Assembly (NCBI GenBank): GCA_951406725.2
Contig: OX597814.1
Location: 195,858,001-195,922,000, forward strand
Length of the DNA: 64,000 bases
Direction of reading: 5' to 3'
Origin: Octopus vulgaris
Lineage: Eukaryota
Part shown: positions 1-11,985 of the stretch, piece after piece
Position numbering within the stretch: position 1 is the first letter of the stretch
Layout of the letters: each line of letters starts with the position of its first letter
The notes under the pieces: generated by a model
Database searches by the model: none
What the model saw: only the letters and a program-made list of their open reading frames with translations
Told to the model about the DNA's origin: nothing
Made by a program: the position numbers and the translations under genes

Positions 1-450
1 CTCACTTACTCACTTCCTAACTCACTCACACACTCACTCACTCACACACTCACTCACTCACACACTCACTCACTTACTCACTCACTCGCTCTCTCTCTCA
101 CTCACTCACTCACTTACTCACTCACTGACTCACTCACACACTTACTCACTCATACACTCACTCACTTACTCACTCACTCACTCACTCACTCATTCTCTCC
201 CTCCCTCACTCACTCACTTACTCACTCACTCACTCACTCACTCACTCACACACTCACTCTCTCCCTCACTCGCATACTCACTCACTCACTCACTCACTCA
301 CTCACTTCCTAACTCACTCACTCACTCTCTCACTCACTCACTTACACACCCACTCACTCATTCACTCATGTACCCACTCACCCACTCACCCACCCACTCA
401 CTCCCTCACTCACTCACTCACACACACACACGCACACACACACACACAAA
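1..450. repeat. (CACT)n / (CA)n microsatellite
   Basis: Continuous degenerate CACT tetramer ending in a CA run. Confidence 0.95.
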
Positions 451-921
451 CACTCACCAACACTATCTCGACCCTATTCTCAATCATTCTAAAGTATTTA
501 TCAAGACATCTATCAGTATCGATCTATTCATCAGGCCAACTTCAATATTATTATATTTCATTGTCAAGCAAGCAATCCACTTTTTTCTTCTTCAATTTAC
601 CAAATGGAAAACGTAGCGGTGTTTTAGTGAATTCATTTATTTGTTTAAATTTCTTAAACGACACTAAAAGTACTTGTCACCTATATTCCAAAACGGAAAC
701 GAAATGTCGTCAACACAATGCGACACTGATTTTGCAAACAATTTCCAATAATTACAGAGAAGTGAGTTAAAGGGAAGTAACACAAGTGGGCCGATGCTAT
801 GGATCAACGTACGAAGGTGGTGTAGGCAATATATACATACACACACATATGTGCGTGTGCGTGCGTGTGTGTGATGTGTGTGTATCTGTGTGTATACATA
901 CATATATACATACATACATAC

Positions 922-1090
922 ATAGGGAGAGTTTACGAAAAAAACAAAAGACGAAGACAGGTGGTGTACAAAACAGATTTATTAGTATAACGCTCAGGAA
1001 TAGAAAAAAGTCTTTTACGTTTCGAGCCTACGCTCGTCTACAGAAAGGGACACAGGAAAAACAAGGAGAGAAACGAGGAAAGAAAAAAAT
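922..1090 (-). mobile_element. Short non-autonomous element (Penelope pLTR-like) with variant hammerhead motif
   Basis: Homologous to 55745-55910 in opposite orientation. Minus strand 1012-1047 reads cttt-CTGTAGA-c-GAGC-gtag-GCTC-GAAA-cg-TA-aaag. Flanked by (TACA)n. Confidence 0.6.
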
Positions 1091-1351
1091 GTCTGTACAT
1101 ACATACATACATGCATACATACATACATACATACAAGCATAACGCAAACACCAGGCAATCCAAAATGGCAGGACCTTTGTGAATACTCATTCCTTGACTA
1201 GGTAGGCCTTTACATCATATACAATATATATATATATATATTATATGTATTTTTATATGTAATAATATCAGTTATCGGATTGGACACGATAGTGTAGTAC
1301 CGAACATCACTCCAGTCAGAGTAAGAACACAATATTCTTTTATTCTTTTAT

Positions 1352-1890
1352 TTGTTTCACTCATTTGACTGCATACTCAGCATCTCCCGGCCAGACAAGG
1401 TGACCAACACCGATGTCCTGACTTGTGCTAGCCTCCCTTCCACGTACACCTTGCTGAGACAACATCGACTACGCTGGCTAGGCCACGTTCACCGTGTGAA
1501 CGACGGCCGAATCCCAAAAGACATTTTCTACGGAGAACTCGCGACAGGACAGAGGAACAAGGGCCGCCCGCAGCTGAAGTACAAGGACGTGTGTAGGAAG
1601 GACATAAAGGCGCTCAACGTCGACATCAAATCCTGTGAGGACCTGGCAGCAGACCGCACTAGGTGGAAAAGCACACATCTCAAACAGCAACGGATCGGTG
1701 GGAGAAGCTGTCAGCAGCAGAAAAGCGAACCCGAAGTAAGGGGTCGACAGCCGACAGACCAGAATCCACAAACAGATGCGATCTATGCGACCGTCACTGT
1801 CATTCTCGCATTGGTCTCCATAGCCACAAGAGGCGCTGCTCAAGCCGAGCGGCCCAACCTAGACAATAAATGGACGGACGTGATGTCCAT
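1352..1890 (+). pseudogene. 3' fragment of RTE-clade LINE ORF (post-RT region plus C2H2 zinc finger), frameshifted
   Basis: LRWLGHVHRVNDGRIPKDIFYGELATGQRNKGRPQLKYKD in ORF 1352-1924; CDLCDRHCHSRIGLHSHKRRC in shifted frame 1663-1869. Confidence 0.85.
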
Positions 1891-1908
1891 GGGTAGCCAA
1901 TATATATA

Positions 1909-2156
1909 TTGGGTTGGTGCATAATTTTTGCGGCTTTTATTCAACAAATTTTATTCAACAATAAGATTGACAATATTTAACACAAACATATTTAAACGAA
2001 TAGTCTAAACGTTTGCCAAGCAAATGGGAAGCAATAATTGAATTAGATGGCGAATATGCTCCGGAATAATCATTAAAGATGTTTTTGTTACTTGTTATTG
2101 TTTTTGTTGAATAAAATTTATTGAAAAAAAACAGTAATAAGTATGCAGCAACCCAA
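1909..2156. mobile_element. Tc1/mariner-type MITE
   Basis: TIRs ttgggttggtgcata / tatgcagcaacccaa, extended imperfect inverted repeats inside, TA flanks. Confidence 0.75.
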
Positions 2157-2276
2157 TATATATATATATATATATATATATTGGACGAGCCCAAATATTT
2201 TAAAGGTGGTGCTCCAGCATGGCCGCAGTCAAATGACTGAAACAAGTAAAAGAATAAAAGAATAAAAGAATATATG

Positions 2277-2340
<64 letters not shown>

Positions 2341-2561
2341 TCAATATAGGGTGGCAAGGAAAATTTTGTAGAATTTTATTGCCACCAGCGGCCCAGTGGG
2401 AAAAAATTAAATAGTCATAGACCATTTTTAAGTTCAACATTAACAATTAAGGAACGGCCATAATAGGCCATTCACCCACTAGAAATAACAGCCAAAGCTT
2501 CTACCGCAAATAAAGATCAATTCCGTAAACAGGAGAAAATTAAAAAAACATTTACCCTGTA

Positions 2562-2668
2562 ATTTCTTGTACGGTATACCGTTTCATCTGCTGTTTAATG
2601 GTAAACTAACCTGATTAAATTAAATCAAGCCAATCTTCCATAAGCCCTCAGATTCTTCAGCAAGAAAT
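2562..2668 (-). ncRNA. Type I hammerhead ribozyme (array A left arm; also 3053-3159 and 3544-3650)
   Basis: Reverse complement of the motif at 4052-4158. Confidence 0.85.
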
Positions 2669-4051
2669 AGCTCAAGTCGGAACAGATATTTACACGAGGC
2701 GTACCTAACCCTGCCAAGGCAATATCTGACCTAAAATTTTCAAATCGTCGCACTCGCGCCAAATTTATCGGCAGCAAATAAATATCAGCCGTCGATTCCA
2801 TTACGGAGTTAACCAAAAAATTCATAATTAATCAATATAGGGTGGCAAGGAAAATTTTGTAGAATTTTATTGCCACCAGCGGCCCAGTGGGAAAAAATTA
2901 AATAGTCATAGACCATTTTTAAGTTCAACATTAACAATTAAGGAACGGCCATAATAGGCCATTCACCCACTAGAAATAACAGCCAAAGCTTCTACCGCAA
3001 ATAAAGATCAATTCCGTAAACAGGAGAAAATTAAAAAAACATTTACCCTGTAATTTCTTGTACGGTATACCGTTTCATCTGCTGTTTAATGGTAAACTAA
3101 CCTGATTAAATTAAATCAAGCCAATCTTCCATAAGCCCTCAGATTCTTCAGCAAGAAATAGCTCAAGTCGGAACAGATATTTACACGAGGCGTACCTAAC
3201 CCTGCCAAGGCAATATCTGACCTAAAATTTTCAAATCGTCGCACTCGCGCCAAATTTATCGGCAGCAAATAAATATCAGCCGTCGATTCCATTACGGAGT
3301 TAACCAAAAAATTCATAATTAATCAATATAGGGTGGCAAGGAAAATTTTGTAGAATTTTATTGCCACCAGCGGCCCAGTGGGAAAAAATTAAATAGTCAT
3401 AGACCATTTTTAAGTTCAACATTAACAATTAAGGAACGGCCATAATAGGCCATTCACCCACTAGAAATAACAGCCAAAGCTTCTACCGCAAATAAAGATC
3501 AATTCCGTAAACAGGAGAAAATTAAAAAAACATTTACCCTGTAATTTCTTGTACGGTATACCGTTTCATCTGCTGTTTAATGGTAAACTAACCTGATTAA
3601 ATTAAATCAAGCCAATCTTCCATAAGCCCTCAGATTCTTCAGCAAGAAATAGCTCAAGTCGGAACAGATATTTACACGAGGCGTGTAAATTTTCTCCTGT
3701 TTACGGAATTGATCTTTATTTGCGGTAGAAGCTTTGGCTGTTATTTCTAGTGGGTGAATGGCCTATTATGGCCGTTCCTTAATTGTTAATGTTGAACTTA
3801 AAAATGGTCTATGACTATTTAATTTTTTCCCACTGGGCCGCTGGTGGCAATAAAATTCTACAAAATTTTCCTTGCCACCCTATATTGATTAATTATGAAT
3901 TTTTTGGTTAACTCCGTAATGGAATCGACGGCTGATATTTATTTGCTGCCGATAAATTTGGCGCGAGTGCGACGATTTGAAAATTTTAGGTCAGATATTG
4001 CCTTGGCAGGGTTAGGTACGCCTCGTGTAAATATCTGTTCCGACTTGAGCT

Positions 4052-4158
4052 ATTTCTTGCTGAAGAATCTGAGGGCTTATGGAAGATTGGCTTGATTTAA
4101 TTTAATCAGGTTAGTTTACCATTAAACAGCAGATGAAACGGTATACCGTACAAGAAAT
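4052..4158 (+). ncRNA. Type I hammerhead ribozyme with extended stem II (first of 14 plus-strand copies, every ~491 bp)
   Basis: Stem I atttcttg/caagaaat; core CTGAAGA 4060-4066; stem II atctg/cagat; GAAA 4135-4138; palindromic stem III ACGGTATACCGT; predicted GUA cleavage after 4150. Confidence 0.9.
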
Positions 4159-7100
4159 TACAGGGTAAATGTTTTTTTAATTTTCTCCTGTTTACGGAAT
4201 TGATCTTTATTTGCGGTAGAAGCTTTGGCTGTTATTTCTAGTGGGTGAATGGCCTATTATGGCCGTTCCTTAATTGTTAATGTTGAACTTAAAAATGGTC
4301 TATGACTATTTAATTTTTTCCCACTGGGCCGCTGGTGGCAATAAAATTCTACAAAATTTTCCTTGCCACCCTATATTGATTAATTATGAATTTTTTGGTT
4401 AATTCCGTAATGGAATCGACGGCTGATATTTATTTGCTGCCGATAAATTTGGCGCGAGTGCGACGATTTGAAAATTTTAGGTCAGATATTGCCTTGGCAG
4501 GGTTAGGTACGCCTCGTGTAAATATCTGTTCCGACTTGAGCTATTTCTTGCTGAAGAATCTGAGGGCTTATGGAAGATTGGCTTGATTTAATTTAATCAG
4601 GTTAGTTTACCATTAAACAGCAGATGAAACGGTATACCGTACAAGAAATTACAGGGTAAATGTTTTTTTAATTTTCTCCTGTTTACGGAATTGATCTTTA
4701 TTTGCGGTAGAAGCTTTGGCTGTTATTTCTAGTGGGTGAATGGCCTATTATGGCCGTTCCTTAATTGTTAATGTTGAACTTAAAAATGGTCTATGACTAT
4801 TTAATTTTTTCCCACTGGGCCGCTGGTGGCAATAAAATTCTACAAAATTTTCCTTGCCACCCTATATTGATTAATTATGAATTTTTTGGTTAATTCCGTA
4901 ATGGAATCGACGGCTGATATTTATTTGCTGCCGATAAATTTGGCGCGAGTGCGACGATTTGAAAATTTTAGGTCAGATATTGCCTTGGCAGGGTTGGGTA
5001 CGCCTCGTGTAAATATCTGTTCCGACTTGAGCTATTTCTTGCTGAAGAATCTGAGGGCTTATGGAAGATTGGCTTGATTTAATTTAATCAGGTTAGTTTA
5101 CCATTAAACAGCAGATGAAACGGTATACCGTACAAGAAATTACAGGGTAAATGTTTTTTTAATTTTCTCCTGTTTACGGAATTGATCTTTATTTGCGGTA
5201 GAAGCTTTGGCTGTTATTTCTAGTGGGTGAATGGCCTATTATGGCCGTTCCTTAATTGTTAATGTTGAACTTAAAAATGGTCTATGACTATTTAATTTTT
5301 TCCCACTGGGCCGCTGGTGGCAATAAAATTCTACAAAATTTTCCTTGCCACCCTATATTGATTAATTATGAATTTTTTGGTTAATTCCGTAATGGAATCG
5401 ACGGCTGATATTTATTTGCTGCCGATAAATTTGGCGCGAGTGCGACGATTTGAAAATTTTAGGTCAGATATTGCCTTGGCAGGGTTAGGTACGCCTCGTG
5501 TAAATATCTGTTCCGACTTGAGCTATTTCTTGCTGAAGAATCTGAGGGCTTATGGAAGATTGGCTTGATTTAATTTAATCAGGTTAGTTTACCATTAAAC
5601 AGCAGATGGAAACGGTATACCGTACAAGAAATTACAGGGTAAATGTTTTTTTAATTTTCTCCTGTTTACGGAATTGATCTTTATTTGCGGTAGAAGCTTT
5701 GGCTGTTATTTCTAGTGGGTGAATGGCCTATTATGGCCGTTCCTTAATTGTTAATGTTGAACTTAAAAATGGTCTATGACTATTTAATTTTTTCCCACTG
5801 GGCCGCTGGTGGCAATAAAATTCTACAAAATTTTCCTTGCCACCCTATATTGATTAATTATGAATTTTTTGGTTAACTCCGTAATGGAATCGACGGCTGA
5901 TATTTATTTGCTGCCGATAAATTTGGCGCGAGTGCGACGATTTGAAAATTTTAGGTCAGATATTGCCTTGGCAGGGTTGGGTACGCCTCGTGTAAATATC
6001 TGTTCCGACTTGAGCTATTTCTTGCTGAAGAATCTGAGGGCTTATGGAAGATTGGCTTGATTTAATTTAATCAGGTTAGTTTACCATTAAACAGCAGATG
6101 AAACGGTATACCGTACAAGAAATTACAGGGTAAATGTTTTTTTAATTTTCTCCTGTTTACGGAATTGATCTTTATTTGCGGTAGAAGCTTTGGCTGTTAT
6201 TTCTAGTGGGTGAATGGCCTATTATGGCCGTTCCTTAATTGTTAATGTTGAACTTAAAAATGGTCTATGACTATTTAATTTTTTCCCACTGGGCCGCTGG
6301 TGGCAATAAAATTCTACAAAATTTTCCTTGCCACCCTATATTGATTAATTATGAATTTTTTGGTTAATTCCGTAATGGAATCGACGGCTGATATTTATTT
6401 GCTGCCGATAAATTTGGCGCGAGTGCGACGATTTGAAAATTTTAGGTCAGATATTGCCTTGGCAGGGTTGGGTACGCCTCGTGTAAATATCTGTTCCGAC
6501 TTGAGCTATTTCTTGCTGAAGAATCTGAGGGCTTATGGAAGATTGGCTTGATTTAATTTAATCAGGTTAGTTTACCATTAAACAGCAGATGAAACGGTAT
6601 ACCGTACAAGAAATTACAGGGTAAATGTTTTTTTAATTTTCTCCTGTTTACGGAATTGATCTTTATTTGCGGTAGAAGCTTTGGCTGTTATTTCTAGTGG
6701 GTGAATGGCCTATTATGGCCGTTCCTTAATTGTTAATGTTGAACTTAAAAATGGTCTATGACTATTTAATTTTTTCCCACTGGGCCGCTGGTGGCAATAA
6801 AATTCTACAAAATTTTCCTTGCCACCCTATATTGATTAATTATGAATTTTTTGGTTAATTCCGTAATGGAATCGACGGCTGATATTTATTTGCTGCCGAT
6901 AAATTTGGCGCGAGTGCGACGATTTGAAAATTTTAGGTCAGATATTGCCTTGGCAGGGTTGGGTACGCCTCGTGTAAATATCTGTTCCGACTTGAGCTAT
7001 TTCTTGCTGAAGAATCTGAGGGCTTATGGAAGATTGGCTTGATTTAATTTAATCAGGTTAGTTTACCATTAAACAGCAGATGAAACGGTATACCGTACAA

Positions 7101-10100
7101 GAAATTACAGGGTAAATGTTTTTTTAATTTTCTCCTGTTTACGGAATTGATCTTTATTTGCGGTAGAAGCTTTGGCTGTTATTTCTAGTGGGTGAATGGC
7201 CTATTATGGCCGTTCCTTAATTGTTAATGTTGAACTTAAAAATGGTCTATGACTATTTAATTTTTTCCCACTGGGCCGCTGGTGGCAATAAAATTCTACA
7301 AAATTTTCCTTGCCACCCTATATTGATTAATTATGAATTTTTTGGTTAATTCCGTAATGGAATCGACGGCTGATATTTATTTGCTGCCGATAAATTTGGC
7401 GCGAGTGCGACGATTTGAAAATTTTAGGTCAGATATTGCCTTGGCAGGGTTAGGGTACGCCTCGTGTAAATATCTGTTCCGACTTGAGCTATTTCTTGCT
7501 GAAGAATCTGAGGGCTTATGGAAGATTGGCTTGATTTAATTTAATCAGGTTAGTTTACCATTAAACAGCAGATGAAACGGTATACCGTACAAGAAATTAC
7601 AGGGTAAATGTTTTTTTAATTTTCTCCTGTTTACGGAATTGATCTTTATTTGCGGTAGAAGCTTTGGCTGTTATTTCTAGTGGGTGAATGGCCTATTATG
7701 GCCGTTCCTTAATTGTTAATGTTGAACTTAAAAATGGTCTATGACTATTTAATTTTTTCCCACTGGGCCGCTGGTGGCAATAAAATTCTACAAAATTTTC
7801 CTTGCCACCCTATATTGATTAATTATGAATTTTTTGGTTAACTCCGTAATGGAATCGACGGCTGATATTTATTTGCTGCCGATAAATTTGGCGCGAGTGC
7901 GACGATTTGAAAATTTTAGGTCAGATATTGCCTTGGCAGGGTTAGGTACGCCTCGTGTAAATATCTGTTCCGACTTGAGCTATTTCTTGCTGAAGAATCT
8001 GAGGGCTTATGGAAGATTGGCTTGATTTAATTTAATCAGGTTAGTTTACCATTAAACAGCAGATGAAACGGTATACCGTACAAGAAATTACAGGGTAAAT
8101 GTTTTTTTAATTTTCTCCTGTTTACGGAATTGATCTTTATTTGCGGTAGAAGCTTTGGCTGTTATTTCTAGTGGGTGAATGGCCTATTATGGCCGTTCCT
8201 TAATTGTTAATGTTGAACTTAAAAATGGTCTATGACTATTTAATTTTTTCCCACTGGGCCGCTGGTGGCAATAAAATTCTACAAAATTTTCCTTGCCACC
8301 CTATATTGATTAATTATGAATTTTTTGGTTAACTCCGTAATGGAATCGACGGCTGATATTTATTTGCTGCCGATAAATTTGGCGCGAGTGCGACGATTTG
8401 AAAATTTTAGGTCAGATATTGCCTTGGCAGGGTTAGGTACGCCTCGTGTAAATATCTGTTCCGACTTGAGCTATTTCTTGCTGAAGAATCTGAGGGCTTA
8501 TGGAAGATTGGCTTGATTTAATTTAATCAGGTTAGTTTACCATTAAACAGCAGATGAAACGGTATACCGTACAAGAAATTACAGGGTAAATGTTTTTTTA
8601 ATTTTCTCCTGTTTACGGAATTGATCTTTATTTGCGGTAGAAGCTTTGGCTGTTATTTCTAGTGGGTGAATGGCCTATTATGGCCGTTCCTTAATTGTTA
8701 ATGTTGAACTTAAAAATGGTCTATGACTATTTAATTTTTTCCCACTGGGCCGCTGGTGGCAATAAAATTCTACAAAATTTTCCTTGCCACCCTATATTGA
8801 TTAATTATGAATTTTTTGGTTAACTCCGTAATGGAATCGACGGCTGATATTTATTTGCTGCCGATAAATTTGGCGCGAGTGCGACGATTTGAAAATTTTA
8901 GGTCAGATATTGCCTTGGCAGGGTTAGGTACGCCTCGTGTAAATATCTGTTCCGACTTGAGCTATTTCTTGCTGAAGAATCTGAGGGCTTATGGAAGATT
9001 GGCTTGATTTAATTTAATCAGGTTAGTTTACCATTAAACAGCAGATGAAACGGTATACCGTACAAGAAATTACAGGGTAAATGTTTTTTTAATTTTTCTC
9101 CTGTTTACGGAATTGATCTTTATTTGCGGTAGAAGCTTTGGCTGTTATTTCTAGTGGGTGAATGGCCTATTATGGCCGTTCCTTAATTGTTAATGTTGAA
9201 CTTAAAAATGGTCTATGACTATTTAATTTTTTCCCACTGGGCCGCTGGTGGCAATAAAATTCTACAAAATTTTCCTTGCCACCCTATATTGATTAATTAT
9301 GAATTTTTTGGTTAATTCCGTAATGGAATCGACGGCTGATATTTATTTGCTGCCGATAAATTTGGCGCGAGTGCGACGATTTGAAAATTTTAGGTCAGAT
9401 ATTGCCTTGGCAGGGTTAGGTACGCCTCGTGTAAATATCTGTTCCGACTTGAGCTATTTCTTGCTGAAGAATCTGAGGGCTTATGGAAGATTGGCTTGAT
9501 TTAATTTAATCAGGTTAGTTTACCATTAAACAGCAGATGAAACGGTATACCGTACAAGAAATTACAGGGTAAATGTTTTTTTAATTTTCTCCTGTTTACG
9601 GAATTGATCTTTATTTGCGGTAGAAGCTTTGGCTGTTATTTCTAGTGGGTGAATGGCCTATTATGGCCGTTCCTTAATTGTTAATGTTGAACTTAAAAAT
9701 GGTCTATGACTATTTAATTTTTTCCCACTGGGCCGCTGGTGGCAATAAAATTCTACAAAATTTTCCTTGCCACCCTATATTGATTAATTATGAATTTTTT
9801 GGTTAACTCCGTAATGGAATCGACGGCTGATATTTATTTGCTGCCGATAAATTTGGCGCGAGTGCGACGATTTGAAAATTTTAGGTCAGATATTGCCTTG
9901 GCAGGGTTAGGTACGCCTCGTGTAAATATCTGTTCCGACTTGAGCTATTTCTTGCTGAAGAATCTGAGGGCTTATGGAAGATTGGCTTGATTTAATTTAA
10001 TCAGGTTAGTTTACCATTAAACAGCAGATGAAACGGTATACCGTACAAGAAATTACAGGGTAAATGTTTTTTTAATTTTCTCCTGTTTACGGAATTGATC

Positions 10101-10662
10101 TTTATTTGCGGTAGAAGCTTTGGCTGTTATTTCTAGTGGGTGAATGGCCTATTATGGCCGTTCCTTAATTGTTAATGTTGAACTTAAAAATGGTCTATGA
10201 CTATTTAATTTTTTCCCACTGGGCCGCTGGTGGCAATAAAATTCTACAAAATTTTCCTTGCCACCCTATATTGATTAATTATGAATTTTTTGGTTAACTC
10301 CGTAATGGAATCGACGGCTGATATTTATTTGCTGCCGATAAATTTGGCGCGAGTGCGACGATTTGAAAATTTTAGGTCAGATATTGCCTTGGCAGGGTTA
10401 GGTACGCCTCGTGTAAATATCTGTTCCGACTTGAGCTATTTCTTGCTGAAGAATCTGAGGGCTTATGGAAGATTGGCTTGATTTAATTTAATCAGGTTAG
10501 TTTACCATTAAACAGCAGATGAAACGGTATACCGTACAAGAAATTACAGGGTAAATGTTTTTTTAATTTTCTCCTGTTTACGGAATTGATCTTTATTTGC
10601 GGTAGAAGCTTTGGCTGTTATTTCTAGTGGGTGAATGGCCTATTATGGCCGTTCCTTAATTG

Positions 10663-10703
<41 letters not shown>

Positions 10704-10708
<5 letters not shown>

Positions 10709-10916
10709 TAATCCAAACATGAAAACACAAAGAGAAAACACAACAACGCGAGGACGTGGAACAAATATAGTATCATTGGACGCTCAGGAAGGAAGGGAAG
10801 ATGCAGGGTTTAACGTTTCGAGCGGAGCTCTTCGTCAGAAACATAGGAAAAGGAAAGATCCAGAGAAGGGAAGACGGAGGAAAAAAAATCGCCAACGGTA
10901 AACGCGCGGTCACATT

Positions 10917-10920
<4 letters not shown>
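10704..10920 (-). mobile_element. Short Penelope pLTR-like fragment in (TA)n with minimal hammerhead
   Basis: Minus strand 10808-10842: gttt-CTGACGA-a-GAGC-tcc-GCTC-GAAA-cg-TT-aaac; (TA)n on both sides. Confidence 0.75.
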
Positions 10921-10964
<44 letters not shown>

Positions 10965-11186
10965 TCAATATAGGGTGGCAAAAGAAATTTTGTAGAATTC
11001 TTTTGCCACCAGCGGCCTAGTGGGAAAAAATTTAAATAGTCATAAACCATTTTTAAGTTCAACATCACAATCAAGGAACGGCCATAATAGGCCATTCACC
11101 CACTAGAAATAACAGCCAAAAGCTTTAACCGCAAAATAACGTCAATTCCGTAAACCAGGAGAAAATTAAAAAACATTTACCCTGTA

Positions 11187-11293
11187 ATTTCTTAGACGAT
11201 GCACCGTTTCATCTACTGTTTAATGGAAAACTAACCTGATTAAATTAAATCAAGCCAATCTACCATAGGCCCTTAGATTCATCAGTAAGAAAT
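11187..11293 (-). ncRNA. Type I hammerhead ribozyme, subfamily B left arm
   Basis: Reverse complement of the 11879-11985 motif. Confidence 0.85.
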
Positions 11294-11878
11294 AGCCAAG
11301 CCGGAACAGATATATTTCACGAGGCATTCTCGTTGCTACCTCGTCAATATCTGACCTAAAATTTTCAAATCGTCGCACTCGCACCAAATTTATCGGCAGC
11401 AAATAAATATAAGCCGCCGATTCCATTACGGAATTAACCAGAAAATTCATAATTAATCAATATAGGGTGGCAAAAGAAATTTTGTAGAATTCTTTTGCCA
11501 CCAGCGGCCTAGTGGGAAAAAATTTAAATAGTCATTGACGTTATTTTGCGGTTAAAGCTTTTGGCTGTTATTTCTAGTGGGTGAATGGCCTATTATGGCC
11601 GTTCCTTGATTGTGATGTTGAACTTAAAAATGGTTTATGACTATTTAAATTTTTTCCCACTAGGCCGCTGGTGGCAAAAGAATTCTACAAAATTTCTTTT
11701 GCCACCCTATATTGATTAATTATGAATTTTCTGGTTAATTCCGTAATGGAATAGGCGGCTTATATTTATTTGCTGCCGATAAATTTGGCGCGAGTGCGAC
11801 GATTTGAAAATTTTAGGTCAGATATTGACGAGGTAGCAACGAGAATGCCTCGTGAAAAATATCTGTTCCGGCTTGGCT

Positions 11879-11985
11879 ATTTCTTACTGATGAATCTAAG
11901 GGCCTGTGGTAGATTGGCTTGATTTAATTTAATCAGGTTAGTTTTCCATTAAACAGTAGATGAAACGGTGCATCGTCTAAGAAAT
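11879..11985 (+). ncRNA. Type I hammerhead ribozyme, subfamily B right arm
   Basis: atttctta-CTGATGA-atcta...tagat-GAAA-cggtgcatcg-TC-taagaaat; canonical CUGAUGA core and GUC site. Confidence 0.9.

Larger units (their letters stand above)
2337..10666. mobile_element. Retrozyme-like tandem array, subfamily A (491-bp unit; ~2.75 units on minus, then ~14.2 units on plus)
   Basis: Period 491-492 from repeated ORF starts (3895, 4386, 4877 ... 10281). Inversion junction at ~3684-3688. (TA)n on both sides. One hammerhead motif per unit. Confidence 0.9.

Noticed and set aside
3895-4095. 66-aa ORF (MNFLVNSVMESTAD...) repeated in every array unit
   Set aside because: No recognisable domain. Subfamily B changes frame in the middle and its plus copy has an early stop (atggaatag at ~11746). 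The substitutions are explained by RNA pairing. Equal ORF length in A and one B copy may be chance.
2337-10666. CRISPR array, rDNA/5S or snRNA tandem cluster
   Set aside because: No unique spacers and no recognisable rRNA or snRNA sequence; the units are near-identical 491-mers explained by the hammerhead.
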